Source: Gemmataceae bacterium
GTDB taxonomy: Bacteria > Planctomycetota > Planctomycetia > Gemmatales > Gemmataceae
Assembly: GCA_019747655.1 (NCBI GenBank)
Contig: JAIEQO010000290.1
Span: 1 to 47,620, forward strand
Reading direction: 5' to 3'
Length of the DNA stretch: 47,620 bases
A model generated the notes under the pieces. The model was not told the origin of the DNA, ran no database searches, and was given only the letters and a program-made list of their open reading frames with translations. A program made the translations under genes and the position numbers. Positions 24,757 through 33,513 of this stretch are shown here, piece by piece (within the stretch, counting starts at the first letter, position 1; each line of letters begins with the position of its first letter).

Positions 24757-25167
24757 ATGGATCGCGTGCAACCGCAACCGCCTACGGCACACGACCTGTT
24801 CCAAAGCTTGTGCGCGGCGACCGTGCGGCATGCGTGCGTCGTGCTGCGTCTTGCCGATTCCCCGCACCACGCTCCGCGCATCATGGAACTGCTTCGGACC
24901 GCCCCGCGCAACACGGCTGAGGCCCGCGACCCAGACTTTTACGGGCGTTCGTTCTGCTGCGAGAGCCTGCGGATCGCTTCCCGCTATTTCAGCCGTCCCG
25001 GCGGTCACGTCGAGACCGAGACGGCCCTGAAGGACGCCGAGTGGCATTTCCTCGGCGTCATCCCGCGTCTTCCTGCGAACCAGCGGCGGCAACTCGAAGC
25101 CGCGGTCGCCGGTGTCATTTCCGGGATGCTCCTTGGCCAGAAGGACTTGCCCTTGCGGGCGGGATAG
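24757..25167 (+). CDS. Hypothetical protein
   Basis: GGAGAG RBS before ATG; no recognised motif. Confidence 0.6.
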   Translation: MDRVQPQPPTAHDLFQSLCAATVRHACVVLRLADSPHHAPRIMELLRTAPRNTAEARDPDFYGRSFCCESLRIASRYFSRPGGHVETETALKDAEWHFLGVIPRLPANQRRQLEAAVAGVISGMLLGQKDLPLRAG

Positions 25168-25235
25168 TCCCGACCTTCGGGAACCAGAAACGCAACCCTA
25201 CAGGTGCCGTAGACGCCAGACCGAGGTCAACTGCC

Positions 25236-25523
25236 ATGACGCTTGAAGAACGGCTAACGCGGATCGAGGCGCTGCTGCTCGGGCTTACGCACCGGCAGGA
25301 GTCGCGTCAGTGGTACTCGGTTGGCGAGTTCGCCCGCCTGGTTGGTCGCAGCGAGTTTACCTGCCGCGAGTGGTGCCGACTGGGCCGGGTCGCGGCGCAG
25401 AAGAAGGCCAGCGGCCGGGGCGCTCATGCGTCCTGGGCCATCTCCCACGAGGAGTACGAGCGGTTTCAGCGCGAGGGGCTGCGGCCGCGTGCCCGCCGGA
25501 ACGAAAGTGACGACGACACATAA
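25236..25523 (+). CDS. Excisionase-like HTH protein, paralog 1
   Basis: WYSVGEFARLVGRSEFTCREWCRLGRV; GAGG RBS, ATG 25236. Confidence 0.82.
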   Translation: MTLEERLTRIEALLLGLTHRQESRQWYSVGEFARLVGRSEFTCREWCRLGRVAAQKKASGRGAHASWAISHEEYERFQREGLRPRARRNESDDDT

Positions 25524-25635
25524 TTTCTGAGCGGGGGTCGCCCTGAGCGCCGGAACAGGTACAGCAGCGAAACCCGCGATCTTCCGGAACCAGACTCAAG
25601 CGATCACCGACAGCCCGATCGATTGCGAGAACGTC

Positions 25636-25935
25636 ATGAGCACCGACATACTCAACGACCTGGCGGCCCGCCTGGCTCGCATCGAACAGGCCCTCGACCT
25701 GCTCGTGCGGCAGCGAACTGTCAAGGAATGGTACTCGACCGCCGAGGTCGCCCGCCTGCTCGGCAAGGCCGAATTCACCGTCCGCGAGTGGTGCCGACTC
25801 GGGCGCGTCAAGGCCGAAAAGAAGAAGTGCGGCCGCGGCGTTGCCGGCGAATGGATCGTCTCGCACGAGGAACTGACGCGCGTCCGCAATGAGGGGCTGC
25901 TGCCCGAGCCGAATCCGTACCGGCATGTGAGGTGA
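25636..25935 (+). CDS. Excisionase-like HTH protein, paralog 2
   Basis: WYSTAEVARLLGKAEFTVREWCRLGRV. Confidence 0.85.
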   Translation: MSTDILNDLAARLARIEQALDLLVRQRTVKEWYSTAEVARLLGKAEFTVREWCRLGRVKAEKKKCGRGVAGEWIVSHEELTRVRNEGLLPEPNPYRHVR

Positions 25936-26097
25936 GCGAGGCGGGCATTTCGCCCGGGCCGGCACTCGTCGACTCCGGACGGAACAACTCCACACTCCGA
26001 CCGACAAGGGCGCGAAAGGTACGGGAAAGAGTTTCCAGAGTTTCCTTAACTCGCTCTCGATGCCTGTCGTCGTTGCCCACTCTCCACGCACCGCACG

Positions 26098-26556
26098 TTA
26101 CTTGTAAAATCGTTGCAACTGATCCGCGGGAACATACATCGGCTGTTCAAAAACGAGATGTCCGTTGGCGGTGAAGTAACCGCAGTTTGCCAGTCGCACG
26201 CGGTCGCATAGGTCTCGAACCGAACCCGAATAAAACTTACTAAACACCAGCCACTTCGTGAGACTGTCGATAAATCGCTTGCCTTCCACCAGTTTGGATC
26301 CGGCCAGCGATAGGCCGAAGGGGACGAGCCAATCGGCGACGAGTGACAGAGCCTGATCGGCGGGTTGATTTCGCGGAAGCAGGAAATAATTCTCGACCCC
26401 CTCGTTCAAGTGAAGGCTGAGAAGACGAATGACCCGACCCTCGTCGTAGAGTGCCTCGTTCGGTTCGACGTTGATCGTCGCCTTTTGGCCGCCTTCGTAG
26501 GTGACTTCGACGAGGAAGGGTTGAGTGTTCGTGTCAAGGCGAATGCTGTTCGGCAT
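26098..26556 (-). CDS. Hypothetical protein
   Basis: GAGG RBS before ATG 26556; globular composition (MPNSIRLDTN...). Confidence 0.6.
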   Translation of the reverse strand: MPNSIRLDTNTQPFLVEVTYEGGQKATINVEPNEALYDEGRVIRLLSLHLNEGVENYFLLPRNQPADQALSLVADWLVPFGLSLAGSKLVEGKRFIDSLTKWLVFSKFYSGSVRDLCDRVRLANCGYFTANGHLVFEQPMYVPADQLQRFYK

Positions 26557-26664
26557 GGCCGCGAAACCTCGTCCGCGAGAGACGAACGGAGCCGTCCAAT
26601 CGGTGCCACCGAGGATCGGCAGAAAGTTCTGTACACTCAATTGTACCCGTGGTACTCTCAACCC

Positions 26665-27069
26665 ATGACTGAAAAAGAGAAAAAGCCCCAGCAAGCCAGC
26701 GACTCGGCCCAACTCCGCGAATTCGCTCGCCGGCTCCGGAACGGGGCCACATGGCTGGAGCGAGTTTCGTTCGGCTTGGTAGCGGGGGCGTGGGTCGCCG
26801 AATCGCACGACGGGCGGGCGGGCAGTCCAACCCGGTGGACCCGGAGCGCTTGCACCATGATGGCCAAGCTCGTCGGCTTGGGCTCTTTGGTCGTGGCTTG
26901 GGGAAAACAACACCAAGCCGACGAACTGGAATCGTACGCTTCGCTCGTTGAACCCCCTGCCATGCGGCCGGCACCCGGTTCGGGTATCGGGGAAGACGAT
27001 TTCCGAGAACGGTCAACCTCCTGTCACGTCGATTCGCTTGTCTCCGATCGCGGGCCGCGAGCCAAATGA
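26665..27069 (+). CDS. Hypothetical protein with two hydrophobic segments
   Basis: TGG-TACTCT -10 six nt before ATG (possibly leaderless). Confidence 0.5.
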   Translation: MTEKEKKPQQASDSAQLREFARRLRNGATWLERVSFGLVAGAWVAESHDGRAGSPTRWTRSACTMMAKLVGLGSLVVAWGKQHQADELESYASLVEPPAMRPAPGSGIGEDDFRERSTSCHVDSLVSDRGPRAK

Positions 27070-27188
27070 ACGCGGGCCGGCCACCTGAATAAATGCTCCC
27101 TGTTCGTCCCAAGATTGTTGTGCGATCCGGCTCGCTCGAGTTCCTTCCCTTCGGCCACGGACAACAGGAACGGTTGCATCCAGGCCGC

Positions 27189-27287
27189 AAAACCTCCGGG
27201 CACGAAGACCGACCCGCGCCCGGCTTTCTGCACGCGGGACCGAATCTTGCTCTCGACGCTATCTGGGAGTTGACGGGCGGCTCTCAT
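27189..27287 (-). pseudogene. N-terminal fragment of a DUF6088/AbiEi-like antitoxin
   Basis: SVESKIRSRVQKAGRGSVFVPGGF then similarity is lost. Confidence 0.5.
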
Positions 27288-27379
27288 CTCAGAAAAGATG
27301 CCACGTTTTTCATAGACGATCAAGCTCGAAGCCGGCACGAATCGATTACCGGAATCCGCAAAGCGGCTGGGAAAACGGA

Positions 27380-27397
27380 AGGGCAGAAAGAGGGCAG
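27380..27397 (+). repeat. AGGGCAG direct repeat (possible integrase arm-type sites near the element end)
   Basis: AGGGCAG-aaag-AGGGCAG, 11-bp spacing, about 130 bp from the inferred junction. Confidence 0.4.
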
Positions 27398-27518
27398 CAT
27401 TGGCCCTTCACCTTCACTATTGCCGCCCTATAATGCCAGTGTAGATTTGCCGCAATTGGTGGTCAAACAAAGACTTCCAACGCAACCTCGATTTCACTGC
27501 AACACGTCCTCAACCGCT

Positions 27519-27974
27519 TCAACTAAGTGCAGCGCCTGGTTCGGCGTCTTGGCTATACCGGGCGGCGACCAACTCGCCGATTTCGCCGCGCATGCCCCGC
27601 ACCACGCTGAATGGGCTACAGCCGTAGTTGTTCTCGACCCGCGGGTCCGCGCCCGCACGCAGCAACAGTAGGATGACGCGGTCGTCCTTCCCCCAGTTCT
27701 GGACTGCGGTCCACAGCGGCACGTTGCCGTGGTTGTCAGCCCGGTTCGGGTCCGCGCCGTTCTCCAACAGCAGGGTGACGGCCTCGACCCGCTTCTCTTG
27801 GATGGCGACATGCAACGGTGTGTACCCGGCGTCGTCGCCTTGGTTCGGGTTGGCACCGCCGGCCAGTTCCCGCCGCATCTCGGCCAGGTCGCCAGCGAAC
27901 GCCAGGTTCCAGAGCGGCGTGCGACCATACTCATCGACGCCAGGGCGCAGCTTCCGCTTCGGCCACCTCGGCAT
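27519..27974 (-). CDS. Ankyrin-repeat protein (integron gene cassette)
   Basis: GRTPLW, GYTPLHVAI, GNVPLWTAV, GADP repeats; GGAGGG RBS. Confidence 0.92.
   Translation of the reverse strand: MPRWPKRKLRPGVDEYGRTPLWNLAFAGDLAEMRRELAGGANPNQGDDAGYTPLHVAIQEKRVEAVTLLLENGADPNRADNHGNVPLWTAVQNWGKDDRVILLLLRAGADPRVENNYGCSPFSVVRGMRGEIGELVAARYSQDAEPGAALS
27526..27545 (-). other. Truncated attC (R'' and start of L'' only)
   Basis: Minus strand GCCGAAC-CAGGC-GCTGCAC; complementary to the GTTCGGC in front of the gene; no matching second arm downstream. Confidence 0.65.
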
Positions 27975-27991
27975 CGCCGCGACCCTCCGCC

Positions 27992-28010
27992 GCCGAACTT
28001 GTGGTTATCC
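27992..28010 (-). other. attI-like site / cassette left junction
   Basis: Minus strand GGATAAC-CACAA-GTTCGGC (AAC-N5-GTT), 17 nt before the ankyrin ATG. Confidence 0.6.
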
Positions 28011-28383
28011 TAACCGTTGCTGCGCGTTAGAGCAGCCTGGCCAGTCAGGCTAACGCTCAGCGGGCTCCTGTCTACTTCCGAGTAAACACCCACCTCATCG
28101 CCCTCGGACGATGTCGGGCGAAGCAAATGCCCCGCGTGTTCCGATCGCTAACCGGGACCGCCAGCCGGCCACTCCAAAGTCGACACTTTCGGCCTGTCAG
28201 CAAAGCGCCACTCCCCGGCTGTCGCTTCCGCTCGTGGCGGGAAGCATCCGGTCGGCGACCTCGAAGCCGACCGGCCTCCCTGATCCGTCGGTGGCGGGGT
28301 GGCGGGCGCGGCCGGCTTCCGTTGGCTCCCAGCCGGCGTTCGAGGCGATTTTCGCACCCCCACTCAGCGGATTGCAACCGGTA

Positions 28384-28812
28384 CTACGCCTTCTTCCGGG
28401 CCGCCCGGGCCTTCGGGGTGTTGGCCACGAACTGCTTGCCGGCCTTCGACCCGGCCCGCTTCTTGGCGTTGGTCGCCTTCTTCTCGGCCGGGGTCAACTC
28501 GTCCCAGGCCTTCTCCGGCAGGTAGCGGGTGGTCCCGCCCTCGCGGGCCGCCGGCTCGCCGTCGGACGTGGTCCACTTCTCGTCGGTCCACTCCGACAGG
28601 TGCTTCTGGGCCGGGCTCTTCTTCCCCGTGTACCCGCCCCCGGCCTTCTCGTACTCGGCCTTCAGGAGCTGCGCCTTGCGGGCGCTCCACTGCCCCGGCT
28701 GCCCGCCCTTGTCCCCGGCCATCACTTTCTTCTTCAGCCGCTCCCGCAACGCCGGGTCGGTGTACGGCCCGGCCGACCCCTTCGCCCCGCTCGCCTTCTT
28801 AGTGGTGGCCAT
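28384..28812 (-). CDS. DUF5872-like basic protein
   Basis: YTDPALRERLK...GGQPGQWSARKAQLL...EYEKAGGGY. Confidence 0.8.
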   Translation of the reverse strand: MATTKKASGAKGSAGPYTDPALRERLKKKVMAGDKGGQPGQWSARKAQLLKAEYEKAGGGYTGKKSPAQKHLSEWTDEKWTTSDGEPAAREGGTTRYLPEKAWDELTPAEKKATNAKKRAGSKAGKQFVANTPKARAARKKA

Positions 28813-29231
28813 CACTTGCCCCCCGACTTCGCGGTCCTCTTGGTGGCGCCGACCGACTTCTTAGCCGCCCCGCCCGTCCCGTCGCCCTGGGCCTGGTGGT
28901 ACTGCTCCAGCAGCTTGGTGCCCTTGTCGGCCAGCTTCTTGGCCTCGGCCTCGGTCTTCGGGGCCTTCTCGCCCCACGCCTGGGCCTGCAAGGCGAGCCG
29001 GGTCGGCTCGCCGTTCTCGTCCTGTAGTGGGCCGCGGAGGTTGGCGTAGTGCCGGCGGAGGAACGACCCCTTCCGCTTCATCTCCTCCGGCGTCTTCGGC
29101 GTCCCCTTCACCCCCGGCTTCAGGTTCGCCCCTTCCTTCTCCTTGAACATCTTCCGCCCGGCCGCGGTCAGCCCGCCCTTCGGGTCCTTCGTCGGGGCCT
29201 TCTTCCCGGCCGCCTTCCTCGTCGCCGCCAT
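28812..29231 (-). CDS. DUF6321-like basic protein
   Basis: KDPKGGLTAAGRK...GANLKPGV...RKGSFL; GGAGGG RBS. Confidence 0.8.
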   Translation of the reverse strand: MAATRKAAGKKAPTKDPKGGLTAAGRKMFKEKEGANLKPGVKGTPKTPEEMKRKGSFLRRHYANLRGPLQDENGEPTRLALQAQAWGEKAPKTEAEAKKLADKGTKLLEQYHQAQGDGTGGAAKKSVGATKRTAKSGGK

Positions 29232-29373
29232 GTCGCCCTCCGGGTTCGGGTTCCGTCGTGCGACGAGGCAGCAACCGCCGTACCATCGCCCGGTTGCGAT
29301 CCGCCCTCCAGACCCACCCGGCCCGGCCGCCGCCCGGCTACAATGGGGCAACGCGCCCCGCACGAGGACCCCG

Positions 29374-31083
29374 ATGGACCCCCAGGAAGTGCAGACCCCC
29401 GGCGGGATCGTCCACACGTACCAGCGGTACGACCCGGTGAACGTCCCCGGCCCGGCGTCGAACCAGCCCGACCTCGTCTCGCCGATGATGGACCACCTGC
29501 TGGAGTTCGGCGACACGGACGAGTTCACCGAGGAGCAACTGGCCAACGCGATCCACCTCGACCCGTCCCAGATCGCCGGCCTCGGGCCGAGCCTCCAGGC
29601 GATCAAGGAGATGCTGGAGGAGCGGAAGCGGAAGATTCTGGCCACCTACGAGACCAAGGCCGCCCAGAAGGCCGCGGCCGAGGCGTTTCGCCGGGCGTCG
29701 CAGGAGCTGAAGCCGCCCCAGAAGCTCGCCGAGCGGTATCGCAAGGCGGTGAAGGAGGAACAACTCCACGAGCTGGAGTCGCTGTACTTCCGGGTCGGCA
29801 ACGACCGCGACCCGTTCGCCCAGGGGCTCGTCCCACTAGTCGACAAGCTCGGCGACAAGTACCAGGTCGACGAGCTGGCCGGGAAGTACGACTTCACCGG
29901 CCGGGAGAAGATGGACGTGCCGAAGGCGCTGGAGGTGAAGGAGGAGCTGGAGACGATCGACAAGCTGCTCAAGCAGATCGAGGAGGCCAAGAAGACGGCG
30001 CAGCTCGCCATCATCGACATGGAGGAACTGCAGCAGTACGCCGACCCGGGCGACCTCGACCGGCTGCGGGCGCTGCAGGAGCAGATCGAGAACTACATCA
30101 AAGAACAGGCCGAGCGGCAGGGCCTGGAAGGGGACGGCAGCGGCAAGTACCGGCTCACCCCGAAGGCCCTGCGGCTGTTCCAGTCGAAGGTCCTGACGCA
30201 AATCTTCAACGACCTCCAGGCCAGCCGGTCGGGCCGCCATCCGGACGCGGTGGTCGGCGAGGGGGCGGTCGAGTCGCCCCGGACCAAGCCCTACGAGTTC
30301 GGCGACTCGGCCGCCCAGATGGACATCCCGGCCAGCATGACCAACGCGCTGTTGCGGGACGGCCCGGGGCTGCCGGTCCGGATGCGGCCGGACGACCTGG
30401 TCATCCACCGGACCCGGGTGAACCCGAAGGCGGCGACGTGCGTGCTGCTCGACATGAGCGGGTCGATGGGCTACGGCGGGCTGTACGTGAACGTCAAGCG
30501 GATGGGGCTGGCCCTGGACGGGCTGATCCGGTCCGAGTACCCCGGCGACTACCTCCAGTTCGTCGAGATGTACACGTTCGCCAAGCCGCGGCACGTCTCC
30601 GAGGTCCCGCACCTGATGCCCAAGCCGGTGACGGTCCGGGACTGGCAGGTCCGGCTGAAGGCCGACATGTCCAAGCCGGAGATGAGCGAGTTGACCATCC
30701 ACCCGCACTTCACCAACATCCAGCACGGGCTCCAGACGGCCCGCCGGCTCCTGGCCAACCAGGACACCCCGAACAAGCAGGTGGTGCTCATCACCGACGG
30801 GCTGCCGACCGCCCACTTCGAGGGGAGCACCCTGTTCATGCTCTACCCGCCCGACCCGCGGACCGAGAAGGCGACCCTGCGGGAGGCGATGCTGTGTGCC
30901 CGGGAGGGGATCACCATCAACATCTTCCTGCTCCAGACGTGGAGCCAGAGCCGGGAGGACGTGCGGTTCGCGTACAAGGTGGCCGAGTCGACGAAGGGGC
31001 GGGTGATCTTCACCGCCGGGCGGGACCTGGACCGGTTCGTCGTGTGGGATTACATCAAGCGGCGGAAGCAGATCGTATCCTGA
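29374..31083 (+). CDS. VWA domain-containing protein
   Basis: MIDAS LLDMSGSM, TNIQHGL, ITDGLPTAH; GAGGA RBS. Confidence 0.9.
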   Translation: MDPQEVQTPGGIVHTYQRYDPVNVPGPASNQPDLVSPMMDHLLEFGDTDEFTEEQLANAIHLDPSQIAGLGPSLQAIKEMLEERKRKILATYETKAAQKAAAEAFRRASQELKPPQKLAERYRKAVKEEQLHELESLYFRVGNDRDPFAQGLVPLVDKLGDKYQVDELAGKYDFTGREKMDVPKALEVKEELETIDKLLKQIEEAKKTAQLAIIDMEELQQYADPGDLDRLRALQEQIENYIKEQAERQGLEGDGSGKYRLTPKALRLFQSKVLTQIFNDLQASRSGRHPDAVVGEGAVESPRTKPYEFGDSAAQMDIPASMTNALLRDGPGLPVRMRPDDLVIHRTRVNPKAATCVLLDMSGSMGYGGLYVNVKRMGLALDGLIRSEYPGDYLQFVEMYTFAKPRHVSEVPHLMPKPVTVRDWQVRLKADMSKPEMSELTIHPHFTNIQHGLQTARRLLANQDTPNKQVVLITDGLPTAHFEGSTLFMLYPPDPRTEKATLREAMLCAREGITINIFLLQTWSQSREDVRFAYKVAESTKGRVIFTAGRDLDRFVVWDYIKRRKQIVS

Positions 31084-31096
31084 CCGGACAAAAACC

Positions 31097-31194
31097 AGCC
31101 ACGGATGAACACAGATCAAACACGGATAAAGTCACAATTCATTGAATCTGTCCGATCCGTGTTCATCCGTGTTCATCCGTGTTCATCCGTGGCT
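31097..31194. repeat. Inverted repeat of ACACGGATGA-type 10-mers (REP/MITE-like) between convergent genes
   Basis: agccacggatgaacacagatcaaacacggat vs (atccgtgttc)3atccgtggct. Confidence 0.8.
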
Positions 31195-32545
31195 CGGTTC
31201 GTCCGCGGGACCGCAGCCGGTCGCCCTCGGCACGGAGTTCGTCCGCGCCCTCGAACTCGTCGCCGTCCATGACCGTGTCGTCGATGTGGACGCCGCGGCC
31301 CTCGAAGGCGTACACCGGGCCGAGCACGTCGATGACGGTCGGGTTCGTCCGGGGCGTCCGCGGCGGGGCGAAGTACCCCTCGACCACCACCGCCTGCTCC
31401 CGATACTCGGGGTACTCCATCAACAGGGCGTGGAGCTTCCTCAGTCGGTAGTGCGGGACGGTGGCGTACAGGTGGTGGGGCAGGTGGTAGTCCTGGCCCA
31501 TCGGGAAGACCGCGAGGCGGACGGCCGGGGCGACCAGGAACGTCCGGGTGTTGGTCAGCCAGCCGCGGCCGCCGTTGCCGTGCTGCACGACCTGCCGGAG
31601 GATCATGAAGAAGGCGAACGAGGTGAACAGCGGCACCAGCCAGAGCACGACGTAATAGCCGACGGCCGGGGCGCCGGTCAGCTTGGTGATGATGGTGAGC
31701 GCGGTGAAGATGGCGGTGATATAGCCGACCCGCAGGATCGATGTATAGCGGGCATGGATGACCGGGTGCAGCCGGCTCTTGTGGTACTTGCCGTCGGGTA
31801 GCCCCAGGAACACGACGCTGACCGCCAGCCACATCACCGCCGGGACCACGGCCAGGGCCCACACGTCGGCCGTGTAGAAGAGCGTCGTCAGCGTGGCGAC
31901 CAGGGCGAGCAGGTAGACGACGCCGACCCGGACGGCCCCCTTCGACGGCGTCCGGCCCTTCAGCATGTACGGGTTCTTGTCGGTGCCGGTGGCGTTGTAG
32001 TTGGCCCGGACCCGCATGAACCGGACCAGCCGCGGCACCCAGAGCTGCTTCAGGAGCGACCGGACGGCCGCCCGCCGGGGGATCGGGAAGTCGTGCCAGT
32101 GGCCGCTCTCCTTCATCTGCGACAGGTCGGGGTCGCGGTCCGGGTCGTTGACGAACTGGTGGTGGGCGAGGTGTTGCAGCCGGTAGTGGTAGATGCTGCT
32201 GAACAAGGGGAACATGGTCAGCAGGTCGGCGGAGAGGTCGTTCAGGACGCGGCCGCGGAAGAGGATGTGGTGCGACCCCTCGTGGGCCAGCCCGCTGAGC
32301 TGGTGCTGCCCGGCACCGACCAGCACGATGCCGACCAGCGCGACCGGCAGGTTCCACCACCACGACAGGGCGAAGGATTCGCGCGCCTCGAAGAGCCAGA
32401 CCGCCCCGCCGATGACCGCGGCGAGGTACAGGTAGATGGCCCCGAGGTAGAGCCAGTTGGTGAAGTTGTCGGTCCGGCGGAGGTCCTGCAACCGGGCCTT
32501 CAGGGCCGGGTCGGAGAGTGAGCGAGGAAGGTCGGCAACGGCCAT
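31163..32545 (-). CDS. Fatty acid desaturase family protein
   Basis: His boxes HEGSH, HLAHH, HLPHH; TM segments. Confidence 0.9.
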   Translation of the reverse strand: MAVADLPRSLSDPALKARLQDLRRTDNFTNWLYLGAIYLYLAAVIGGAVWLFEARESFALSWWWNLPVALVGIVLVGAGQHQLSGLAHEGSHHILFRGRVLNDLSADLLTMFPLFSSIYHYRLQHLAHHQFVNDPDRDPDLSQMKESGHWHDFPIPRRAAVRSLLKQLWVPRLVRFMRVRANYNATGTDKNPYMLKGRTPSKGAVRVGVVYLLALVATLTTLFYTADVWALAVVPAVMWLAVSVVFLGLPDGKYHKSRLHPVIHARYTSILRVGYITAIFTALTIITKLTGAPAVGYYVVLWLVPLFTSFAFFMILRQVVQHGNGGRGWLTNTRTFLVAPAVRLAVFPMGQDYHLPHHLYATVPHYRLRKLHALLMEYPEYREQAVVVEGYFAPPRTPRTNPTVIDVLGPVYAFEGRGVHIDDTVMDGDEFEGADELRAEGDRLRSRGRTEPRMNTDEHG

Positions 32546-32557
32546 CCGGTAAGCCCC

Positions 32558-32604
32558 GTAGGGTGGGTCGAGCGGACCATCCGCGGTCCGCGCCCAGACC
32601 CACC
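32558..32604. repeat. GTAG-type REP
   Basis: GTAG-GGTGGGTC...GACCCACC. Confidence 0.65.
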
Positions 32605-32610
32605 ATCCCA

Positions 32611-33402
32611 TCACCCGCCGGTGTACAGCTTCCGCACCTTGCGGGCGATCAGCCAGTTGGTCAGCCGGGGGAAGAACTTGTTGAACCGCAAGAGCCGCCG
32701 GGCCTCGCCGCCCAGGACCGTCTCCGTCTTGTTTGAGCGGATCGCCAGGACGATCCCGGTCGCCACGTCGGCCGGGGTCATGCCCTTGTCGAACCGCAGG
32801 TCGGCCTTGCCGTCGGTCCGCAGCCAGTTCTTGTCGAACCCGCTGTCGGTCATCCCGGGCACGATGGTCAGCACGTCCACCCCGAACCGGGCGAACTCGC
32901 CCCGCCACGCCTCCGACATGCCCACCAGGGCGAACTTGCTCGCGGAATACTCCGGCCACGCCGGCATCCCCTTGCGGCCGCACATCGAGGTGACGTTCAC
33001 CACGCACGGCTGGACGCCGTCGGTCAGGTGCGGCAGGGCGCACCGGGTCAGCTCGACCGGGCCGAAGAAATTCACCTCCAGCACCCGCCGGTTGATTTCC
33101 TCGGTCGACGAGGCGAAGTGGCCCCAGCTCCCGACCCCGGCGTTGTTCACCAGGATGTCGAGCCCGCCGAGGTGGCGGACCGCCTCGTCCACCAGCCGCC
33201 GGCGGTCGTCCGGGCTGGTGATGTCCGCCGGGATGGCCACCGCGTCCGGGAGCCGGCCGGCCAGCTCGCGGAGGGCGTCGGCGTTCCGCCCGGACACGGC
33301 CAGCCGCGCCCCGGCACCGGCCAGCGCCTCGGCGGTGGCCCGGCCGATGCCGCCGGACGCCCCGGTCAGGATCACCCGCTTGCCGGCCAGGTCCCGCGCC
33401 AT
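32611..33402 (-). CDS. SDR family oxidoreductase
   Basis: TGASGGIG, NNAG, YSASK. Confidence 0.95.
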   Translation of the reverse strand: MARDLAGKRVILTGASGGIGRATAEALAGAGARLAVSGRNADALRELAGRLPDAVAIPADITSPDDRRRLVDEAVRHLGGLDILVNNAGVGSWGHFASSTEEINRRVLEVNFFGPVELTRCALPHLTDGVQPCVVNVTSMCGRKGMPAWPEYSASKFALVGMSEAWRGEFARFGVDVLTIVPGMTDSGFDKNWLRTDGKADLRFDKGMTPADVATGIVLAIRSNKTETVLGGEARRLLRFNKFFPRLTNWLIARKVRKLYTGG

Positions 33403-33513
33403 CACGCCCTCCCCTCCTTGCCCAGTTTACCGGCCGCGGTTGGGCTTCCCAGCCTCGGACCGGCCGGTTTACCATGCCGGGCCCCCGATTCCCCGTCACG
33501 GACGGCACGACCG

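Larger units (their letters stand above)
1..27525. mobile_element. Right part of an integrated mobilizable/conjugative element (MOBF IME/ICE); left end and integrase outside the window
   Basis: Relaxase, T4CP, ParA, ParB, excisionase-like HTHs and resolvase remnant; visibly lower GC than DNA after about 28.4 kb; right boundary inferred from the truncated attC at about 27526. Whether 1-1.7 kb belongs to the element is uncertain. Confidence 0.8.

Noticed and set aside
28022-28055. GCGCGTTAGAGCAGCCTGG...GTCAGGCT resembles the 5' part of tRNA-fMet
   Set aside because: No anticodon arm, T-loop or acceptor stem; better explained as an inverted repeat (GCGTTAG...CTAACGC) beside the attI-like site
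31163-33508. Apparent 781-aa desaturase fusion and 756-aa Uma2 fusion (44636-46906)
   Set aside because: The N-terminal extensions are off-frame readings of the upstream SDR and leuA genes
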